64,000 nucleotides of DNA, taken from assembly GCF_011386835.1 (NCBI RefSeq), contig NC_088803.1:5828001-5892000 (forward strand), in the 5' to 3' direction. Below are positions 57,250 through 64,000 of the stretch, piece by piece. A model generated the notes under the pieces. That model made no database searches. It worked only from the letters and a program-made list of their open reading frames with translations, and was not told where the DNA came from. This stretch comes from Chrysemys picta bellii. Its lineage: Eukaryota. Within the stretch, counting starts at the first letter, position 1; each line of letters opens with the position of its first letter. The translations under genes were made by a program, and so were the position numbers.

Positions 57250-59984
57250 ATGACTGTGCTATAGATATCTCATGTGCATATCATAGAGTATTAATTGATT
57301 CCTGTATTACTAAGAAATGTGGCGTTTTGCCTTAATCCCCCTGAAAAGATCCTGTATAGTACTTTGAGTACAACAGTGGGGGGGGAATAGGTTTGTGTGG
57401 TAGGGTTATTGGGTGGGGTGTTGGGTTGTTGCTGGGTTTTGGCCAGGGATGGGGGTTGGTCGTTGGGTGTGGGGATGCGGGGGGAACGGGGGTTGTGCTG
57501 TTGTGTAGCGGTGTCTCTCCTCTCCCCCCCAGAAATGCACGGTGCCCTCGTGCCCGGTTCGCCAGTCCCTGCACGGGCACCACCCCCGCGACTGCCTCTT
57601 CTACCTGCGTGACTGGGACGTGGAGCGGCTGCAGCACCTCCTGCAGGTCAGAGGGTGCGGGGGGGATCCGGGGGCAGGGGGATGGGCCCTGAGGGGCGTT
57701 GGGGAGACAGGGCTGGGGGTGAGTGGCGGGGATCCGGAGGCAGGGGGATGGGCCCTGAGGGGTGTTGGGGAGACAGGGCTGGGGGTGACTGGGGGGATCC
57801 AGGGGGATGGGCCCTGAGGGGTGTTGGGGAGACAGGGCTGGGGGTGACTGGGGGGATCCAGGGGGATGGGCCCTGAGGGGTGTTGGGGAGACAGGGCTGG
57901 GGGTGACTGGGGGGATCCAGGGGGATGGGCCCTGAGGGGTGTTGGGGAGACAGGGCTGGGGGTGAGTGGGGGGGATCCAGGGGCAGGGGGATGGGCCCTG
58001 AGGGGCGTTGGGGAGACAGGGCTGGGGATGAGTGGGGGGGATCCGGGGGCAGGGGGATGGGCCCTGAGGGGCGTTGGGGAGACAGGGCTGGGGGTGAGTG
58101 GCGGGGATCCGGGGGGCAGGGGGATGGGCCCAGAGGGGCGTTGGGGAGACAGGGCTGGGGGTGACTGGGGGGATCCAGGGGGATGGGCCCTGAGGGGTGT
58201 TGGGGAGACAGGGCTGGGGGGTAAGTGGGGGGGATCCAGGGGCAGGGGGATGGGCCCTGAGGGGCGTTGGGGAGACAGGGCTGGGGGTGACTGGGGGGAT
58301 CCAGGGGGATGGGCTCTGAGGGGTGTTGGGGAGACAGGGCTGGGGGTGACTGGGGGGATCCAGGGGGATGGGCCCTGAGGGGTGTTGGGGAGACAGGGCT
58401 GGGGGTAAGTGGGGGGGATCCGGGGGCAGGGGGATGGGCCCTGAGGGGTGTTGGGGAGACAGGGCTGGGGGTGAGTGGGGGGGATCCAGGGGCAGGGGAA
58501 TGGGCCCTGAGGGGCATTGGGGAGCCTGGGCTGGGGGTGACTGGGGGGATCTGGGGGCAAGGGGATGGGCCCTGAGGGCCGTTGGGGAGCCTGGGCTGGG
58601 GATGACTGGGGGGAATCCGGGGCGATGGGCCCTGAGGGGTGTTGGGGAGACAGTGCCGGGGGTGACTGGGGGGGATCCAGGGGCAGGGGTGATTGGGGGG
58701 GGGAGCAGGGGGTTGGGGGAGCAGGGGCCTGACCATTGGGGGGCAACCGTGGGTCTCACTCTTGACACCCCCCCCAGGATAACGGCGTTGTCTTCAACAC
58801 AGAGCCCCCCACTGGGACCCGGCCAGCGCCTGGAGGTGAGAGCAGGGGATTGTGGGTAACCGGGCAGTCAGGTAAATGGGCGGAGATCGGCCCCTGGGCA
58901 GGAGATTGTGGGTAACCGGGTGTCCCTGGGCGATGCTCTGGAGCTGCTCCCCACGAAGCCAGGCAGGAATCGGGGGGAGCCTCCTCTCTCGGAGCCAACT
59001 GTCTCCAGGGCCAGACGCTCACACGGCTTCACCTTCCTGGGTCTGACCCCGGAGCATCCAGCATCCCCTGCCCCACCGTGCGCTTCCCACAGCGAGTCCA
59101 CCCGGGTGGGGTCCTGGGGGGGCCAGAGGGCCCTGCCCCCCGACTCCGCAGTCAGACGTGACTATCAGCCAGCTCCAAACTGAGGCCTTGGCTACACTGG
59201 CAATTCACAGCACTGCAACTTGCTGCGCTCAGGGGTGTGAAACCCCCCCCCCCCCGAGCGCAGAGTGCAGCGCTGTAAAGGAGAGGGGGAGTACTTGCAG
59301 CGCTGCGACTACACTCGCGCTTCACAGTGCTGCCCCGCAGCGTTGTGAATCTGCGAGTGTAGCCGAGGCCTGAAACTCTCCAGCCCCTCCCCTGCCTTTG
59401 TCTCTTTCCGGGCTAGGTCACCTGAGCCCTTTGTTCTCCAGCACCTTCACTTGGCACCTTGCAGGGGAGGGCCCAGGCCATTGGTTGCCAGGAGACAGGG
59501 CGTCGGCCATTCGCTGTGCAGACACCATCACACCTGCCCTCTAGAGCTCTGCACCAATCACACCCCTGATCCCCCCACCTAGATCCTTAAGAACTGCCTA
59601 GGGGAAACTGAGGCACTCACACAGTATTCAGAGAGAACATTAAGAACATTCTCACTTTGTCACACCGGGCAAGGGATTGTGGGTAACTGGGCAGAGACCG
59701 GCCCCTGAGCAGGGGATTGTGGGTAACCTGGCAATCCCCCCCCCCCAGCAGGGGATTATGGGTAACTGGGCGGGGATCGACCCCTGGGCAGGGGATTAGG
59801 GGTGACCAGGTGAGATTGGCCCCTCCCCGGGCAGCGGATTGTGGATAGCCGGGGTGCTGGCGTTACCCATCATGCCGTGCCTGCCAGGTGGCTGCCGCGT
59901 GATGGAGCAGAAGGAGATCCTGGCCAGGCTGCGGGACGAGGCCTGCGGGAAGGAGACGCCCCCCGGCTACGCCGGCCTCTGCGA
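42134..59984 (+). CDS. RNF31: E3 ubiquitin ligase RNF31/HOIP (PUB, B-box, ZF/NZF1/NZF2, UBA, RING1-IBR-RING2, start of LDD), 3'-partial
   Basis: 19 coding exons: 42134-42331, 43106-43252, 45317-45472, 45799-45852, 45997-46063, 46417-46600, 49050-49380, 49486-49713, 50087-50341, 50783-50965, 51220-51444, 52969-53142, 53617-53715, 54110-54199, 54419-54533, 55444-55562, 57533-57646, 58778-58835, 59888-59984. PUB motif [13 protein letters not shown]; catalytic GGCMHF (Cys codon 55488-55490). Terminal exons are absent and presumably in the N gap. Confidence 0.95.
43970..44659. mobile_element. hAT (Charlie-like) MITE inserted in a minisatellite unit of RNF31 intron 2
   Basis: TIRs CAGAGGTGGGCAAACT ... 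AGTTTGCCCACCCCTG. TSD ccctagtt / gtctagtt. An uninterrupted unit gacaccctagttacacc survives near 45250. Confidence 0.85.
51445..52968. repeat. Two VNTRs (about 40 bp and about 58 bp) in RNF31 intron 11
   Basis: cccgccgggcactgcacccccctgccggccgggcacgat... and 9 copies of ggccaattcccggccccgtctgagccgcgtcc...ccccag. Confidence 0.93.
54481..55310 (+). repeat. Exon-derived VNTR: 9 copies of the RNF31 exon 15 3' end plus donor
   Basis: ccccag-TACCAGGCACAGGGGCTGGCGGTGTACCTGCAGGAGAATGGAATCG-gtgag repeated with C-rich spacers. Confidence 0.97.
56477..57375 (+). mobile_element. Solo LTR-like element in RNF31 intron 16
   Basis: TG...CA termini (TGTAGAG...TACAACA). Abrupt lower-GC insert within GT-rich repeats. 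Octamer ATTTGCAT 57023-57030, TATAAAA 57045-57051 and a (GT)n tract. Imperfect flanking TSD ttgggg / gtgggg. Confidence 0.7.
57655..58690. repeat. About 59-bp G-rich VNTR, RNF31 intron 17
   Basis: gggggatccagggggatgggccctgaggggtgttggggagacagggctgggggtgact repeated. Confidence 0.95.
58921..59664. mobile_element. Solo LTR-like element in RNF31 intron 18
   Basis: Termini TGT...ACA with a perfect 5-bp TSD CCGGG (58916-58920 / 59665-59669). Both ends are homologous to 6031-6599. Confidence 0.82.
59184..59370. mobile_element. PIF/Harbinger-like MITE nested in the solo LTR
   Basis: TIRs GGCCTTGGCTACACT ... AGTGTAGCCGAGGCC. 3-bp TSD TGA (59181-59183 / 59371-59373). Confidence 0.85.
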
Positions 59985-60179
59985 GTAAGTGGGGGGGGGG
60001 GGCTGTGGGGCATTGGGGTGGTCAGGAGGACTGGAGTGGAGGGGCGTTATGTGGGAGATTGAGGGGTCAGGGAGGCTGGGGGGCTTGGGAAATTAGAAGG
60101 ACTAGGGATGTGGGGGGCTGGTGAATCGGAGGCTGGGGGGATGCGTGGGGCGGGGGTCGTTGGGAGATCTGGGGGGACA

Positions 60180-60679
60180 NNNNNNNNNNNNNNNNNNNNN
60201 NNNNNNNNNNNNNNNNNNNNNNNNNNNNNNNNNNNNNNNNNNNNNNNNNNNNNNNNNNNNNNNNNNNNNNNNNNNNNNNNNNNNNNNNNNNNNNNNNNNN
60301 NNNNNNNNNNNNNNNNNNNNNNNNNNNNNNNNNNNNNNNNNNNNNNNNNNNNNNNNNNNNNNNNNNNNNNNNNNNNNNNNNNNNNNNNNNNNNNNNNNNN
60401 NNNNNNNNNNNNNNNNNNNNNNNNNNNNNNNNNNNNNNNNNNNNNNNNNNNNNNNNNNNNNNNNNNNNNNNNNNNNNNNNNNNNNNNNNNNNNNNNNNNN
60501 NNNNNNNNNNNNNNNNNNNNNNNNNNNNNNNNNNNNNNNNNNNNNNNNNNNNNNNNNNNNNNNNNNNNNNNNNNNNNNNNNNNNNNNNNNNNNNNNNNNN
60601 NNNNNNNNNNNNNNNNNNNNNNNNNNNNNNNNNNNNNNNNNNNNNNNNNNNNNNNNNNNNNNNNNNNNNNNNNNNNNNN
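60180..60679. other. Assembly gap (500 N)
   Basis: Run of n in the sequence. It sits where the last RNF31 exons and 3'UTR are expected. Confidence 1.
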
Positions 60680-60796
60680 GCAGCCCCCTGCCAGCCCTGC
60701 CCCCCCCCCCCCCCCCCCGCCCGTGCCCCTCACTCCTGCCCGCAGCCCGGCTCAGTGTGTCCGGGCGCCCCCTGGCGGCTGTTGAGGCTTCGGGGC

Positions 60797-60813
60797 CACG
60801 TGATTTCTGGGAA
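60797..60813 (+). promoter_or_regulatory. IRF9 promoter: E-box plus GAS element
   Basis: CACGTG 60797-60802 and canonical TTC-N3-GAA (TTCTGGGAA) 60805-60813 in a CpG-rich segment. Probable non-coding exon 1 donor gtgagc at 60914. Confidence 0.75.
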
Positions 60814-60994
60814 AAGGAGCGAAGCGGCGGAGAAACGCGAAGGGGCGGGGGGAGGGTGGGACCGGGCGCGGACCGAGCGGCCCCGGGACAGACGGCGCCG
60901 CGCAGGGCTGGAGGTGAGCTCGGGCCGGGGCCGCGGGGGCAGATCAGACCCGGAAACTCCCCTGCGAGAGACGTGGGGGCGGGAGGGATTCGGG

Positions 60995-61730
60995 GTGAAT
61001 TGGGGGGGCCGTCGGGGGGGAGAACGGGGTGAATTGGGGTAAGAACGGGGTGAATTGGGGTTGGCAATCGGGGCCAGAACGGGGTGAATTGGGGTAAGAA
61101 CGGGGTGAATTGGGGTGGCAATTGGGTGAGAATGGGGTGAATTGGGGTAAGAACGGGGTGAATTGGGGTGGCAATCAGGGGTGAGAATGGGGTGAATTGG
61201 AGTAAGAACGGGGTGTATTGGGGTGGCAATCAGGGGTGAGAATGGGGTGAATTAGGGTAAGAACGGGGTGAATTGGGGTGGCAATCGGGGGGGAGAACGG
61301 GGTGAATTAGGATAAGAACGGGGTGAATTGGGGGAGAACGGGGTGAATTGGGGTGGCAATCGGGGGGGAGAATGGGGTGAATTAGGGTAAGAACGGGGTG
61401 AATTGGGGGAGAACGGGGTGAATTGGGGTGGCAATCGGGGGGAGAACGGGGGTGAATTGGAGTAAGAACGGGGTGTATTGGGGTGGCAATCGGGGGTGAG
61501 AATGGGGTGAATTAGGGGTAAGAACGGGGTGAATTGGGGTGGCAATCGGGGGGGAGAACGGGGTGAATTGGGGTAAGAACGGGGTGTATTGGGGTGGCAA
61601 TCAGGGTGAGAACGGGGTGTATTGGGGTGGCGAGCGGGGTGTATTGGGGTGGCGAACGGGGGGGGAGAACGGGGGTGAATTGGAGTAAGAATGGGGTGAA
61701 TTGGGAGATAATCAGGCTAAACTGGGGTGA
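60995..61730. repeat. G-rich VNTR, IRF9 intron 1
   Basis: ggggtgaattggggtaagaac and ggggtgaattggggtggcaatc units. Confidence 0.93.
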
Positions 61731-62144
61731 ATTGAAAACTGAAATGGGGGGCCCTGGGCTGTGGGGCGTACGCTCTGGGGTAGGCGCTTTGGCGTTGGAG
61801 GTGGGTGAAAATTGGGGGAAGGTCTTGGGAGTTTTGGGGTTGTCAATGGGGGGGTGAAAGTGGAGGGGTGCATCAGGGGAGGGGAAGCCCCTGGGGGGGA
61901 ACAAACTCCCAGTGGGGTTAAAGTTGGGGGCTGATGGGGAATGTTGGAGGAATTTACCCCGGGGGGGTGACTCAGGCAGGGGACTGATCCTTGAGGGTGA
62001 TGGGGGCCCTGACCCACGGAGGGGGCACCACAGCCTGGTCTGGTGGGTGGGAGACCCATCCAGGGACCCAGTCGAGCCCTGAGGGTGTGGGGGGCTCCGT
62101 GGCGTGTACGAGGTACCTTACTCCCCCTCCCCCGCCCCCCAGGG

Positions 62145-63896
62145 ATGGCGTCGGGCCGGGCCCGCTGCACGCGGAAGCTGCGCCAATGGACTGTGGAGCA
62201 GGTGGAGAGCGGGCGGTTCCCGGGGCTGGTCTGGGATGACCCCCCCGCCAAGACCATGTTCCGCATCCCCTGGAAACACGCCGGCAAGCAGGACTTCCGC
62301 CATGACGAGGACGCGGCCTTCTTCAAGGTACACGCAACAGAGACGCTACGGACATGCTGAGCAGCCACTAGCAACATGCTAAGCACACGCTAAAACTATA
62401 CTAGCAACATGACACACACACTAAAGATACATTAGCAACACGCTAAGCACATGTTAAAGATACAATAGCAACATGCAACACACATGCTAAAGACACAGCA
62501 AATACCACCTAAGGGTTATGCTAAAACACAGCAAGGCCCCCTGAAGCACATGCTAACCACATGCAAAGTACATGCTCAGTACATGCTAACCATATGCGAA
62601 GGAGACAGTAGGTGCCTGCTAAGGCCACAGATGGGATCATGCTAAGGACACAGGATGGGGACATGCTAAGGGCACGTGGGAGTGGCGCACGCCAAGGGGC
62701 CGGGCCCACGCTAACCCCCCGCTCCTCCCCAGGCCTGGGCAGAGTACAAGGGCAAATACCGCCGGGCGAGCGGCTGGACCCGGCGGCTGGAAAACCCGCC
62801 TGCGCTGCGCCCTCAACAAGAGCCCTGAGTTCGAGGAGGTGCCCGCGCCGCTCCCAGCTCGACATCGCCGAGCCCTACAAGGTGTACCGCCTGGTGCCAC
62901 CCCGCCGAGCAGCGCCCCGGTGAGCGGGGACCCCCGCGCGGTGTCACAGCCCCATCCCCTGTCACGGCCCCCCCCGCAGTGTCACAGCCCACACCCATCC
63001 CCTGTCACGGCCCCCCCGCAGTGTCACAGCCCCCCCCCGGCCACCCCCATCCCCTGTCACAGGACCCTGGCATCCGGGCGGGCCCCCCCGCCCCCGCGGT
63101 GTCACAGCCCCCCCGGTCACCCCAATCCCCTGTCACGGGACCCCAGTGTCCAGGAGCCCCCCACGCGGTGTCACAGCCCCACCCGGGGACCCCCATCCCA
63201 TCACGAGACCCCGGCATCCGGGCGGCCCCCACATGGTGTCACAGCCCCCCCGGACACCCCCATCCCCTGTCATGGGACCCTGGCGTCCAGGCGGCCCTCA
63301 CGCAGTGTCACGGCCCTCCCGGGGACCCCCATCCTGTCACGGGACCCCAGCGTCCGGGCGGCGCCCATGTGGTGTCACAGCCCCCCCGGCCACCCCCATC
63401 CCGTCACGGGACCCCCGGCATCCGGGCGGCCCCCAAGCGGTGTCACAGCCCTCCTGGGGACCCGGGCGTCCAGGCACCCCCTTGTCCCCTGTCACAGCCC
63501 CCCAGGGACCCTGGAATCCCTGTTTTCCCTGCTTAAGGCCCCTCTTGTACCCCCCCCAGCTAAGCTGCCAGCTCGGAGGGTCCCCCGCAGGTGAAGAAGG
63601 AGCACCCCGACTCCTCCTCGGAGGGGGATGAGATGGGGACCAGTGGGGGGGCTGCCCAGGCCCCCCTCACCCTGGATATGGTCAGCATGGTGAGTCTGGG
63701 GGCTGGGGGAGGCCAGGAGGTGTCTCCGAGGCTGGGGGGAGCGGGAATGTGGTCTCCAGGGGGCTGGCCCCCCCATCTCATTCTCTGCCCCTCCAGGAGG
63801 TGATGTCGGGGTCGGAGCCCATGGCCGGCGCCTCCCAGAGTTCAGATGATTCTGGCATCGAGACCAGCGAGTGCAGCCGTGACACCGGGGTCCCAT
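62145..63896 (+). CDS. IRF9: Interferon regulatory factor 9, 5' part, with apparent frameshifts in exons 3-4
   Basis: Exons 62145-62327 (MASGRARCTRKLRQW...WKHAGKQDFR), 62733-62919 (AWAEYKGKY / PGERLDPAA / [15 protein letters not shown] / SQLDIAEPYKVY, split over three frames), about 63560-63689, and 63797-63896. The gene continues beyond the window. Confidence 0.9.
62930..63520. repeat. Degenerate VNTR, IRF9 intron 3
   Basis: gtgtcacagccccc...ccccatcccctgtcacgggaccc repeated. Confidence 0.88.
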
Positions 63897-64000
63897 GTAA
63901 GAGTTGGGGGGTCAGGGGCAGGGGGGATCAGTGGGGTGTTAGGGGCAGAGCGGAGGGTCAGTGGGGGTGTTGGGGGAAGGACAGAGGGTGAGCAGGGAGT

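Noticed and set aside
57332-58768. Minus-strand Pro-rich ORFs (478, 381 and 362 aa)
   Set aside because: Translations of the 59-bp VNTR.
60047-61229. ORFs spanning the N run
   Set aside because: They are open only because N codons are not stops.

Overview
Vertebrate genomic DNA, GC-rich and minisatellite-dense. It is probably from a turtle or other non-avian reptile, which I infer from the CR1 3' end and the hAT/Harbinger MITE types. The gene order matches the human chr14q11-12 block as I recall it: PCK2 (last 5 coding exons, +), DCAF11 (+), FITM1 (+), PSME1 (+), EMC9 (-), PSME2 (-), RNF31/HOIP (+, last exons lost in a 500-N gap) and IRF9 (+, 5' part, apparently frameshifted). I traced all exons by hand with GT-AG ends and consistent phase. 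Introns carry CR1 fragments, two hAT MITEs with TSDs, solo-LTR-like elements (one with a nested Harbinger-like MITE) and many VNTRs. The most notable observations are: (1) eight extra tandem copies of the 3' 46 nt of RNF31 exon 15, each framed by AG and GT and phase-compatible with replacing exon 15; (2) FITM1 with both putative catalytic histidines replaced by proline; (3) about five single-base frameshifts in IRF9, most likely assembly error; (4) homotypic transcription-factor motif arrays built from repeats (23 strand-polarised CCAAT boxes, 11 ZNF143-like sites, a YY1-like array). Nearly all long ORFs in the supplied track are repeat or GC artefacts.
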